Shown one piece after another: positions 1-8,684 of a stretch of 64,000 bases of DNA. Position 1 is the first letter of the stretch. Each line of letters opens with the position of its first letter. The translations under genes and the position numbers were made by a program. The stretch comes from Verrucomicrobiaceae bacterium (GTDB taxonomy: Bacteria > Verrucomicrobiota > Verrucomicrobiia > Verrucomicrobiales > Akkermansiaceae), in NCBI GenBank assembly GCA_051252135.1, contig JBPOGH010000017.1:1-64000 (forward strand). The letters are read 5' to 3'. The notes under the pieces are model-generated. The model was not told the DNA's origin and did no database searches. It worked only from the letters and a program-made list of their open reading frames with translations.

Positions 1-119
1 TCCCCCCCAACCAAGCCAATCATCCATTCGTCCAATCCTCAAATCATCCATTCCCTCCCCCCCAACCAAGCCAATCAACCATTCGTCCAATCCTTAAATC
101 ATCCATTCTCTCCCCCCCC
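1..119 (+). repeat. 55-bp tandem direct repeat (2 full copies plus start of a third)
   Basis: Units 1-55 and 56-110 (tcccccccaaccaagccaatcaWccattcgtccaatcctYaaatcatccattcYc) differ at 3 positions; 111-119 restarts the unit; may extend left of the window. Confidence 0.9.
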
Positions 120-2375
120 ATGCCCCGCTTCCTCGTCATCGCATGCCTCCTCTCCCTCGCCTCACTTCAGGCGCAGGAATACGAGCTCATGCAGCCGCAG
201 CCCCAGATCTACACCAACCTCCGCGCCTCCTTCACCATCAGCGCCGAGCACGCCGTCGAACTCGGAAAAATCATCGACCACCCAAAAATCGTCTGGCTCG
301 ATGAAGAAAGCATGCGCCGTGAAGATGGCCCCATGCTCACCGAGTTCGGCTTCCTCATCCGCTCCCCCGGCACCGTCAAATTCCCTCCCATCCCCGTCGA
401 GATCGACGGCAAGCCCATCTTCATCCGCCTCGACGATCTCGAAGCCATCGAAAACCCCGCCCCCGATGACTTGGGCCGCTTCACAATCGAATGGAACGGC
501 AAGCCCAACCCTCCCGCCACCGTCCACCTCGGGGAAGCCATCGAGGTCGACTTCATCGGCACCATGAAGCAACCTCAGGGCACCTTCCCCCGCTTCGATC
601 TCCCCATCTCCCGTATCAGAAACTGCGACTGGCACCTCTTCACCCGCCAACCCGGCCGCAACGCACGCCAGGAAGACTACTTCTACAACCTCGGCCAAGC
701 CTACTTCCCCCGCCGCTACCTCACCGAAGCCACCGAGATCGACGGCCAATACGCCCGCACCCGCAAATACCGCTCCCGCCTCATCTGCTCCCAACTCGGG
801 GAAGCCTCCGGAAACCTCGGCCTCACTCTCTCCTCCGGCCAATTCGCCCGCACCTACCTCATCCCCTTCTCCTTCAACGTCCTCCCCCTCCCGCCTCTCC
901 CGAACGACCGCGTCGTCAACACCGGCCTCGTTGGAGACTGGGCCATCCGCTCCCGCATCTCCCCCAGCCAAATCACCACCGACCAACCCTTCGAGATCAC
1001 CGTCTACCTCCAGGGCCGTGGCGATCCCAACCTCCGCACCGAGTTCGATTTCTCGCGCGACGGCTTCCGCTCCGTCGAAGCCAAATTCACCGGAGAAACC
1101 TCCACCAACTACGACGTCTGGTCCGGCGGCTTCCGCCAAAAACTGGTCCCCTCCGGTGACATCGCCACCTACCCGGCCGTCACCCTCGCCAGCTTCGATA
1201 CCACCGATGACGAATGGAAACTCCACAGCGTCACCCCCACCATGATCATCAATGGCATGGCGGACATCACCAAGGCCATCTCCCCCTCCTCCACCCTCGG
1301 CACCCCCATCCAGCGCCCCGTCCTCCTCAACCTCCCCACCGCCACCTTCGGCGCCTTCGCCCTCGCACCCTTTCTCCCCTTTCTCCTCGGCCTCCTCAAA
1401 AAACGCCTCGATCAACGCGACCCCGCACGCCAGGCCCGCCAACAAAAAGCCCGCTCCCTCATCGCCGATTTCAAATCCGGCAAGGCCTCCACCGACCAAC
1501 TCGACACCGAACTCCTCCCCCTCCTCCGCGAGCACCTCCACCTCCCCAACGGAGCCTCCACCAACGAGGTCGCCACCACCCTCGAACCCCACCACCCCGA
1601 ACTCGCCCAACTCCTCCACACCCACGCCCAATCCTCCTTCTCTTCCAACGCCACCGGCATCGACCTCAAGCTTCTCGCCTCCCGCCTCGCAAAGGTCGCC
1701 TTCCTCTTCCTCCTCGTCACCAACCTCCCCGCCGCATCCCTCGAAGAAGCAAACCAAGCCTACGCTGAAAACCGCTACACCGACGCCATCTCGCAATACG
1801 AAACCCTCATCGGGGAAGAACCCGGCCAGCCCCGACTCTACCAAAATCTCGCCCTCGCCTACCTCGCCATTGACGATCCCGCCCGCGCCCGCGCCGCCTG
1901 CCACACCGCCCTCCTCCTCGATCCCCTCGATGGCTCCACCCGCGACCTCATGGATGACATCCGCCGTCGCCTCGGCGCTCCCGAACTTCCCGGCACCCGT
2001 TACCTCGAGCTCCGCCCCGATCAATGGCTCGTCCTCTCCGCCCTCTTCTGGATCATCGGCTTCCTCCTCATCGGACTCCGCCATTTTAACCTCAAAGCCC
2101 CCCGCTTCCTCATCCCCGCCATCTTCCTCCTCGCCGTCCTCTTCGCCGCCGGCGCCTTCTGGCGAAATGCCGGAGCCTACAAACAAAACCAATTCATGGT
2201 CCTCGATGACCGCGTCGCCCGCGAGCCCGAGCCCGGCATCCCCGACTGGAACTACCCCGCTCTCGAAGGCGGACAAATCATCGTCGTCGCCGATTCCTCG
2301 GACACCCACGCCCGCATCGATACCGCCGGGACCTCCTTCTGGGTCCCCCTCAAAAAACTCAAGCAAGTCTGGTAA
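120..2375 (+). CDS. BatD-like protein fused to a BatE-like TPR/membrane module
   Basis: Signal peptide; BatD-like beta domains (GLVGDWAI..., LQGRGDPNL); TM segments; TPR (EEANQAYAENRYTDAISQY...LYQNLALAY); SH3-like end (FWVPLKKL). Confidence 0.7.
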   Translation: MPRFLVIACLLSLASLQAQEYELMQPQPQIYTNLRASFTISAEHAVELGKIIDHPKIVWLDEESMRREDGPMLTEFGFLIRSPGTVKFPPIPVEIDGKPIFIRLDDLEAIENPAPDDLGRFTIEWNGKPNPPATVHLGEAIEVDFIGTMKQPQGTFPRFDLPISRIRNCDWHLFTRQPGRNARQEDYFYNLGQAYFPRRYLTEATEIDGQYARTRKYRSRLICSQLGEASGNLGLTLSSGQFARTYLIPFSFNVLPLPPLPNDRVVNTGLVGDWAIRSRISPSQITTDQPFEITVYLQGRGDPNLRTEFDFSRDGFRSVEAKFTGETSTNYDVWSGGFRQKLVPSGDIATYPAVTLASFDTTDDEWKLHSVTPTMIINGMADITKAISPSSTLGTPIQRPVLLNLPTATFGAFALAPFLPFLLGLLKKRLDQRDPARQARQQKARSLIADFKSGKASTDQLDTELLPLLREHLHLPNGASTNEVATTLEPHHPELAQLLHTHAQSSFSSNATGIDLKLLASRLAKVAFLFLLVTNLPAASLEEANQAYAENRYTDAISQYETLIGEEPGQPRLYQNLALAYLAIDDPARARAACHTALLLDPLDGSTRDLMDDIRRRLGAPELPGTRYLELRPDQWLVLSALFWIIGFLLIGLRHFNLKAPRFLIPAIFLLAVLFAAGAFWRNAGAYKQNQFMVLDDRVAREPEPGIPDWNYPALEGGQIIVVADSSDTHARIDTAGTSFWVPLKKLKQVW

Positions 2376-2376
2376 G

Positions 2377-4077
2377 ATGAAACTTTTCGTACTTCCCCTC
2401 CTCCTCATCGCCTCCGCCACCGCCGCCTTCCTCGTCCCCGCGTGGGGTCCCGCCGATGCCCGGCTCGTCGAGTCCAAAGCCCAACAACTCACCCCCGCCC
2501 TCCAAAGCCACACCCTCATGGTCGGCCGCCTCGGACTCCCCGAGGTCCGCCCCGCCGTCGTCATCACCGCGGACGGACACCTCCTCGCCTCCTACCTCGC
2601 CCCCATCAGCGCCGCCGACGAAGCCCCCTACCTCCTCTACCAAGCCGATGGCTCCCGCACTCCCCTCGAACTCATCGAGGAAAAAACCGCCCGTGGCACC
2701 GTCCTCCTCAAAGCCCCCTCCCTCCCCCTGGGCATCACTCCTGCACCCCTTGCTCCGGACAACTCCATCCTATCCTGCCACTGGTTCCTCACCCCCGCCA
2801 TCGCACCCGTCCCCTCCATCGGTGAACCCGTCAGCTTCACCGTCGACCACCTCTTCCCCCAACCAAAAGCCGACGCCACCTCCTTCATCCTCCACGAAAA
2901 CCTCTCCCCTCCCGGCACCCCCGTCTTCGATCTCGCCGGCCGCCTCGTCGCCCTCACCACCCCCGGCCGCAACGGCGAAAACCGCGCCCTCCTCCTCTCC
3001 CGCCTCGCCGAAGACCTCAAGCCCCTCGCCGATCTCCTGCCCGATCCCTCACCCGGAGACCTCCCCCGCCTCGCTCGCAGCCCCTCCCTTGAAAAAAGCG
3101 ATAGTCAAAAAGACGACAAGGAACCCGAGTCCCCCCTCGCACAGGCCTGCTCCACCTTCGCCGAATCCCTCCTCCCCAATGACCAACCCTTCGCCCTCAT
3201 CTTCAATGAAGGCCAGGCCATCACCCACGCCGTCTCCGCCGTCATCGTCGACCCCAACGGCCTCCTCCTCACCAAAGCATCCGATCTCGGCTCACACCTC
3301 ACCGCCCGCCACGCCGGACGCGCCTACCCCGCCGTCCTCCTCGCCACCGATGAAGAGACCGACCTCGCCCTCGTCGGCATCCCCGCCACCGGCCTTCCCG
3401 TAATCCAATGGGCCTCCCCCGACTCCCTCACCCCCGGATCCACCCTCATCTCCCCCCTCCTCCTTCAGGAACACTCCGGCGAAATGATGGGATCCACCGC
3501 CACCGCCACCGGCCAATTCAGCCACCTCCTTTCCGGCGACACACCCACCCTCCATTCCGCATCGGACACCACCAGCCTCGGCATCGTCACCGAGCAATCC
3601 GCCAACTCTCTCCGCATCGCCTCCCTCAGACCCGATGCCCCAAAAACCGACCTCCAGCCCGGCGACCAACTCCTCTCCCTCAACAACACCCCCACCCCCG
3701 ACCGCCCCACCCTCGTCAAACTCCTCGCCCCCATGAGCGTCGGCGATGAAGTCACCCTCACCATCCAACGCGGCGATGAACAAAAAACCATCCCCGTCAC
3801 CCTCACCCGCCCCCTCCTCGCTCCTCCCCTCACCGGCATCGACCTCGGCGGCGAACTCACCCTCGTCCCCAGTGTCCGCCGCTACAACTTCCCCCAAGTC
3901 ATCGTCCACACCACCCCCCTCAACGCCTGGGACTGCGGCTCCCCCCTCTACAACCTCGCCGGCCAACCCATCGCCCTCAACATCGCCGCCGCCTCCCCCC
4001 ACCGCACCCTCGCCCTCCCCCCTTCCGTCATCCAAGCCGCCCTCACCCGCCTCTCTTCTCAAAGCGAATCATTCTAA
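2377..4077 (+). CDS. Secreted trypsin-like (pseudo)protease with PDZ domain
   Basis: True start ATG 2377 (MKLFVLPLLL signal peptide) lies inside track ORF 1252..4077; two trypsin-like folds (DEETDLALV, CGSPLYNLAGQPIALNIA), PDZ (LQPGDQLLSLN); catalytic motifs degenerate. Confidence 0.75.
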   Translation: MKLFVLPLLLIASATAAFLVPAWGPADARLVESKAQQLTPALQSHTLMVGRLGLPEVRPAVVITADGHLLASYLAPISAADEAPYLLYQADGSRTPLELIEEKTARGTVLLKAPSLPLGITPAPLAPDNSILSCHWFLTPAIAPVPSIGEPVSFTVDHLFPQPKADATSFILHENLSPPGTPVFDLAGRLVALTTPGRNGENRALLLSRLAEDLKPLADLLPDPSPGDLPRLARSPSLEKSDSQKDDKEPESPLAQACSTFAESLLPNDQPFALIFNEGQAITHAVSAVIVDPNGLLLTKASDLGSHLTARHAGRAYPAVLLATDEETDLALVGIPATGLPVIQWASPDSLTPGSTLISPLLLQEHSGEMMGSTATATGQFSHLLSGDTPTLHSASDTTSLGIVTEQSANSLRIASLRPDAPKTDLQPGDQLLSLNNTPTPDRPTLVKLLAPMSVGDEVTLTIQRGDEQKTIPVTLTRPLLAPPLTGIDLGGELTLVPSVRRYNFPQVIVHTTPLNAWDCGSPLYNLAGQPIALNIAAASPHRTLALPPSVIQAALTRLSSQSESF

Positions 4078-4080
4078 GCC

Positions 4081-6249
4081 ATGATCCGATCCCTCATTCT
4101 CTCCCTCCTCGCCGCGCTCCCCCTCCTCGCCGCCCCCAAAACCCCCGCCGAGCTCGACGCACACCTCCGTAATCTCGCCCCGGATCTCGTCGATGCCACC
4201 ATCGCCATCTTCCTCAATGGCGGCTCCGGATCCGGCGTCATCGTCTCCCCCTCCGGCCTCGTCATCACCGCCGCCCACGTCACCGGAAAACCCGGTGAAA
4301 AAATCAAAGTCCTCCTCGCCGACGGACGCGAACTCCCCGCCACCTCCCTCGGAGTCGACCACACCACCGACGGAGCACTCCTCCAGATCAACGCCCCCGG
4401 CCCCTTCCCCTTCCGACCCTACGTCCGCGAAAAAACATACCACATCGGCGATTGGGCCATCGCCGTCGGCCACCCCGGCGGACCCGTCGTCGGCCGCCCC
4501 TCACCCCTCCGCCTCGGCCGCATCACCGCCGCCGGCATCGGCAGCGGCTTCGCCGATCCCATCATCACCTCCGCCCCCGTCATCTCGGGCGACTCCGGAG
4601 GCCCCCTCTACAATCTCGACGGCGAGGTCATCGGCATCAACTCCAACATCTCCATGCCCTGGACCGCCAACAAGCACGTCCCCCTCCCCTGCATCATCGA
4701 AAAATGGGACCTCCTCATGGAAGGCGAACTCATCGGCCAACCCACCAACGGCCAAATGATCCAATCCGAAGAACCCTTCGACGACCCCTACTACGAGCTC
4801 CGCAAAAAATTCCTCGAAGCCCTCGACGCCCGCCCCGCCGATGACCAGCAGGCCGCCGCCCTCCGCGCCCGGCCCCGGCTCCTCGACCCCCATCACATGC
4901 AGGAATTCCTCGACCAATGGGCACCCGATGAAGACGCCCTCCTCAAGCCCTCCCTCGGCCTCCGGCTCGATCTCACCGCCCCCAATGCCCGCATCGCCCA
5001 AGTCCTCCCCGGCACCCCCGCCGCTCAGGCAGGCTTGAAAAAAGGCGACACCATCACCGCCTTCAACGACACCCCCGTCACCTCCCCCACCACCTTCGCC
5101 CTCGCCCTCCGCAAGCTCGAGTTCGATCCCACCGCGCCCGCCCCCGTCACCCTCACCCGGGCCGATGGCTCCACCCTCACCCTCACGCCCGCCACCACTC
5201 CCGAGCGCCGCCACTTCCCCATGCCCGTCGCCGGCGTCATCGCCATGATGATCACCGGAGACCCCGGCGAAGCCCCACCCGCCCTCCGCGACATTCAAAA
5301 CGAATTCCTCGCCCCCCTCGCCAACTTCGCCCCCTCCCTCCACCGCACCGTCCTCCCCATCTATCACGATGGCGACCTCCTCGTCCACGCCACCGCCGTC
5401 ACCACCCGCCAACTCATCACCAAGGCCAGCGAGATTGAGAAAAAGGAAAACCTCGTCCTCCGCTTCGAGGACCAGGACTACCCCGTCACCATCATCTCAC
5501 TCGACTCGGATCGCGACCTCGCCCTCATCTCCTCCCCCCTCGCCGATCTCGACCCCATCTCCCTCCGCGCTTCCGATCCCGAGACCGGCACCCTCGTCTT
5601 CACCCCCGCTGAAAAAGGCCTCGTCACCGGCGTCATCACCCAACCCGCCCGCTCCGCCCCCGCCACCGGATACGAGCACAACGTCGAGCCCGACCAACCC
5701 AGCGGATACATCGGCATCTCCTTCTCTCCCGAGAACATCGAACCCACCGTCTCCCGCGTCGAACTCGGCAGCCCCGCCGACACCGCCGGCCTCCTCGAGG
5801 GGGATGTCATCACCCACTTCGAGCGCAAGGAAATGACCGAGGTCGACCAACTCATCAAAGCCCTCGGCGAGCACTCCCCCGGTGAAAAAGTGACCTTCAA
5901 AATCAAGCGCGATGACAAAGTGCTCACCATCTCCCTCATCCTCGACATCCGCCCCCCTGTCACCGCCACCCAGGCCTCACCCGCCGCCCGCATGCGGGAC
6001 CAATCCCTCTCCAGCCTCTCCGCCCGCGGCGGAAAACTCTCGGAACGCCGAAACGACTTCCCCCTCGCCCTCTACCACGACCAACTCCTCCCCGCCACCC
6101 ACACCGGCACCCCCCTCCTCAACCACAAAGGCGAAGTCCTCGGCATCAACATCGCACGCTCCCTCCGCCACCGCACCCTCGCCATCCCCGTCTCCGAAAT
6201 CCTCCTCTTCTACCGCGAACAACTCCGCAGCCAACTCCGCACCGATTGA
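4081..6249 (+). CDS. S1C/HtrA-like serine protease with PDZ domains
   Basis: ITAAHV, DGALL and GDSGGPL triad motifs; two PDZ domains (AGLKKGDTI, AGLLEGDVI); second degenerate trypsin domain. Confidence 0.85.
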   Translation: MIRSLILSLLAALPLLAAPKTPAELDAHLRNLAPDLVDATIAIFLNGGSGSGVIVSPSGLVITAAHVTGKPGEKIKVLLADGRELPATSLGVDHTTDGALLQINAPGPFPFRPYVREKTYHIGDWAIAVGHPGGPVVGRPSPLRLGRITAAGIGSGFADPIITSAPVISGDSGGPLYNLDGEVIGINSNISMPWTANKHVPLPCIIEKWDLLMEGELIGQPTNGQMIQSEEPFDDPYYELRKKFLEALDARPADDQQAAALRARPRLLDPHHMQEFLDQWAPDEDALLKPSLGLRLDLTAPNARIAQVLPGTPAAQAGLKKGDTITAFNDTPVTSPTTFALALRKLEFDPTAPAPVTLTRADGSTLTLTPATTPERRHFPMPVAGVIAMMITGDPGEAPPALRDIQNEFLAPLANFAPSLHRTVLPIYHDGDLLVHATAVTTRQLITKASEIEKKENLVLRFEDQDYPVTIISLDSDRDLALISSPLADLDPISLRASDPETGTLVFTPAEKGLVTGVITQPARSAPATGYEHNVEPDQPSGYIGISFSPENIEPTVSRVELGSPADTAGLLEGDVITHFERKEMTEVDQLIKALGEHSPGEKVTFKIKRDDKVLTISLILDIRPPVTATQASPAARMRDQSLSSLSARGGKLSERRNDFPLALYHDQLLPATHTGTPLLNHKGEVLGINIARSLRHRTLAIPVSEILLFYREQLRSQLRTD

Positions 6250-6291
6250 GATGCTGCGCTAAACAGTCAACTCAGGAATGTGCATTCTTTT

Positions 6292-6417
6292 GGCGGACGT
6301 TCGAGCGATGTCACTGCCTGCCGACAGCGGGCTCCGACTTCAGGGTTGGTGGTTGACCTTTCATTGGGCTTCCGACTCGGCGCGGGCAGGCAGTTGATCA
6401 TCCGCGACTTGTTCGAC
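6292..6417 (-). other. attC site (distal; R' degenerate GTCCGCC)
   Basis: Minus strand: R'' GTCGAAC-5bp-L'' gcgGatga...actgcctgcc / ggcaggcagt...L' acatcgc-6bp-R' GTCCGCC. Confidence 0.8.
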
Positions 6418-6418
6418 T

Positions 6419-6964
6419 TCATGGTTTGCTAATTGGGTATCCGACAATCTGTTCAACAGGCAAAGATCCCCAAAACCTACTATCGAGTGCGGTATTCGAA
6501 TTATCTCCAAGGAGAAAAATACAGCCGTCACTTACCACATAATGAGATTGAGTATTTGGGAGAAACTGAGCAAGAGAGAGGTTAACGTATTTACGATCCT
6601 TGCCCATGGAGCGTGTCTGCCCATTCACGTATATTCTACCATCGCGTATCGAAATACGTTCACCTGCAACGGCTGCAACCCGCATGGCATAGACGTTCTC
6701 GTAAGCCTCATCCGTAAGCGGAGGCTGGAAACTGGTGGCCTCATCCGTGCGTGCGAGCCGAAAGAAAACAACCTCGCCAGGCATTGGGGTGCGAAACGCC
6801 TTGCTTAGCCGCTCATAGATGACCGATTCACCCTCTCTGAAAGTAGGCTCCATAGCGCCTGTCGGCATTCTGTAGACTCGAATGTTTAGCCCGACAAAAA
6901 CTGCCGATGCACCAAGTGCGCAAAGAAGGATATAAATGAGTAGCTTCTTGCGGCGATTCTTCAT
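6419..6964 (-). CDS. lepB: Signal peptidase I (S26) family protein, cassette-borne
   Basis: N-terminal TM; MPTGAMEPTF, PGEVVFF, AMRVAAVAGERI, FLLGDNSNTALDSRFWG boxes; catalytic Ser/Lys positions appear substituted. Confidence 0.8.
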   Translation of the reverse strand: MKNRRKKLLIYILLCALGASAVFVGLNIRVYRMPTGAMEPTFREGESVIYERLSKAFRTPMPGEVVFFRLARTDEATSFQPPLTDEAYENVYAMRVAAVAGERISIRDGRIYVNGQTRSMGKDRKYVNLSLAQFLPNTQSHYVVSDGCIFLLGDNSNTALDSRFWGSLPVEQIVGYPISKP

Positions 6965-6967
6965 CTG

Positions 6968-7094
6968 GTCGAACGTCCAAGGTCTGGCACCGGCTACCGG
7001 CGGCGCGCCTTCGACACGGGATTAAAGGTTGTGGTTACGGAGATCATTCCGACTCAGCGCGGGTAGCCGGTTGTCCAGCACCGCCTTGTTCTGC
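6968..7094 (-). other. attC site
   Basis: Minus strand: R'' GCAGAAC-aaggc-L'' ggtGctgg...accggctacc / ggtagccggt...L' ccagacc-ttggac-R' GTTCGAC; extra G in L'' as in canonical attC. Confidence 0.9.
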
Positions 7095-7589
7095 TGGTTG
7101 TGCTAGCGCGGCTTCGGCTTGCACCTTTGAGGAGGAACTCACCCAATAAACTGCGTGGTCATGCTCTCGCTGTTTAACGTGAGATCCAGTGTACCAAATT
7201 CCCTCATCCCTCAGCGCAATCAGCGGGATGTGAGGACACATCGATCCAGTAAGATCCCGCCATTGGAGCACTAGCTCTGGATTCCTAAGGGCACCCTTCA
7301 AATGCGTTGAGACACGGAGCGTAACGGTGAACTCTGTTTCCAAACGCGGAAACGGCTCTCCAGAATCCGAATCGTAGGAATCAAAGATCTTTCGTGCCTC
7401 CTGTTCGGTGACTTCTTTCCCTTTGTAGAAATGGCGTTGATCTACCTTGCTGGGCGTTCCGATCACCACAACATCCGCCGCAGCAATTGCCCCTTCAATG
7501 CCCTTCGTTTCGGGAGGAGTCCCGGGTTCAGATGCACACGCGATCGCAGTCGCTATCGATAAGAATAGAGCTGCCAGTAGAGATTTCAT
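7044..7589 (-). CDS. Hypothetical exported protein, cassette-borne
   Basis: 181-aa ORF with signal peptide; C-terminus AEQGGAGQPATRAESE is read through the attC. Confidence 0.75.
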   Translation of the reverse strand: MKSLLAALFLSIATAIACASEPGTPPETKGIEGAIAAADVVVIGTPSKVDQRHFYKGKEVTEQEARKIFDSYDSDSGEPFPRLETEFTVTLRVSTHLKGALRNPELVLQWRDLTGSMCPHIPLIALRDEGIWYTGSHVKQREHDHAVYWVSSSSKVQAEAALAQPAEQGGAGQPATRAESE

Positions 7590-7596
7590 TTTTTTT

Positions 7597-7691
7597 GCAG
7601 AACAGTAGGGATCACCTGCCCCGGGAACCGGGGTCTGCGTGCATCCCCCTATTTTCCCCCTTCACAGGAATACAAAATTCTACTGTTCGCT
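7597..7691 (-). other. Proximal recombination site (degenerate attC or attI-like)
   Basis: R' GTTCTGC (7603-7597), L' ggtgatc / L'' gatGcacg, R'' degenerate GGAAAAT; additional 9-bp inverted repeat gaacagtag/ctactgttc. Confidence 0.6.
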
Positions 7692-7706
7692 CAGTTTTTC
7701 CGTCAA
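7677..7706 (-). promoter_or_regulatory. sigma70-like promoter facing the cassette array (Pc-like)
   Basis: TTGACG (7706-7701) - 18 bp - TAGAAT (7682-7677). Confidence 0.65.
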
Positions 7707-7791
7707 GCTCCAAAGCCCTACCCTACCCACTTCCCATCCCCCGTCGAAACAACCATCGCCCTCCCCCGCCCCCTGCGCTACACTCCCCCTC

Positions 7792-8679
7792 GTGGAAACA
7801 CAAATCGACGGCTTCCTCCTCTACCTCGCAACCGAGCGCGGACTCTCCCCCGCCTACCAACTCTCGGTCCGGCAAAGCCTCGAAAAACTCCCCCCCTGGG
7901 CCCAAAAAAATGGCCACCACCAATGGCGCGACCTCGGCACCGAAGAACTCGCCGCCTTCCTCTCCCACCTCCGCAAGTCCGGACTTGATGCCTCCTCCCT
8001 CCGCATCGCCCTCGTCCACCTGAAAGTCTTCTTCCGCTTCCTCGCCAAGCGCAACCTCATCGAGATCGACCCCGCCGAACCCCTCCTCGCCCCCAAGCCC
8101 ACCGCCAAACTCCCCGAAACCCTCAACGCCCAAGCCGTCGAACAAATCCTCACCTCCATCAACCCCGAAAAACCACTCGGCAAGCGCGACCTCGCCCTCC
8201 TCGAACTCTTCTACGCCTCCGGCCTCCGGCTTTCCGAGCTCTGCAATGCCAAACTCGAAACCCTCGACCTCGACGACCACTTCCTCCGCGTCACCGGCAA
8301 GGGTAACAAAACCCGCCTCGTTCCCGTCGGCGGCCGCGCCCTCGACGCCATCCAAAAATACCTCACCTCCGAGCGACCCACCCTCGTCTCCAAAAAAACC
8401 TCCTCCCACATCTTCCTCTCCATCCGCGGCGGCCCCCTCTCGCCCGACCGCGTCCGCCAGATCGTCAAAGAACGCGCCAAACAAGCCGGCATCGACCAAA
8501 ACATCTACCCCCACCTCCTCCGCCACTCCTTCGCCACCCACCTCCTCGAAAACGGAGCCGACCTCCGCGTCATCCAGGAACTCCTCGGCCACGCCGATAT
8601 CTCAACCACCCAAATCTACACCCACGTCGACCAAAAACGCCTCAAAGCCGTCCACAAACAATTCCACCCCCGCGGCTAA
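7792..8679 (+). CDS. xerD: Tyrosine recombinase XerD
   Basis: GTG start 7792; ELFYASGLRLSEL, GKGNKTR, PHLLRHSFATHLLENGADLRVIQELLGH, TTQIYTHV, C-terminal HPRG; no IntI-specific insertion. Confidence 0.9.
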   Translation: METQIDGFLLYLATERGLSPAYQLSVRQSLEKLPPWAQKNGHHQWRDLGTEELAAFLSHLRKSGLDASSLRIALVHLKVFFRFLAKRNLIEIDPAEPLLAPKPTAKLPETLNAQAVEQILTSINPEKPLGKRDLALLELFYASGLRLSELCNAKLETLDLDDHFLRVTGKGNKTRLVPVGGRALDAIQKYLTSERPTLVSKKTSSHIFLSIRGGPLSPDRVRQIVKERAKQAGIDQNIYPHLLRHSFATHLLENGADLRVIQELLGHADISTTQIYTHVDQKRLKAVHKQFHPRG

Positions 8680-8684
8680 ACCCC

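Larger units (their letters stand above)
6292..7706 (-). mobile_element. Integron-type gene cassette array without adjacent intI (CALIN-like): promoter, proximal att site, 2 cassettes, 2 attC
   Basis: Each cassette begins GTT (GTTCTGC, GTTCGAC) a few bp before its ATG and ends with the exact reverse complement (GCAGAAC, GTCGAAC) opening an attC hairpin; composition lacks the host C-skew. Confidence 0.85.

Noticed and set aside
1..119. Possible CRISPR array
   Set aside because: Repeats are contiguous with no unique spacers, and there are no cas genes in the window
162..2567. Long antisense and alternate-frame ORFs here and throughout (e.g. 1252-2376 Pro/Ser-rich extension, 14944..16236, 56281..57915, 49564..50964)
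   Set aside because: Shadows of real genes: near-exclusive C-ending codons remove stops from other frames and give low-complexity P/S/T or G/E/V translations with no motifs
7792..8679. Calling the recombinase an integron integrase (intI) or prophage integrase
   Set aside because: Lacks the IntI-specific insertion, has XerD hallmarks and host codon bias, and no phage genes are nearby
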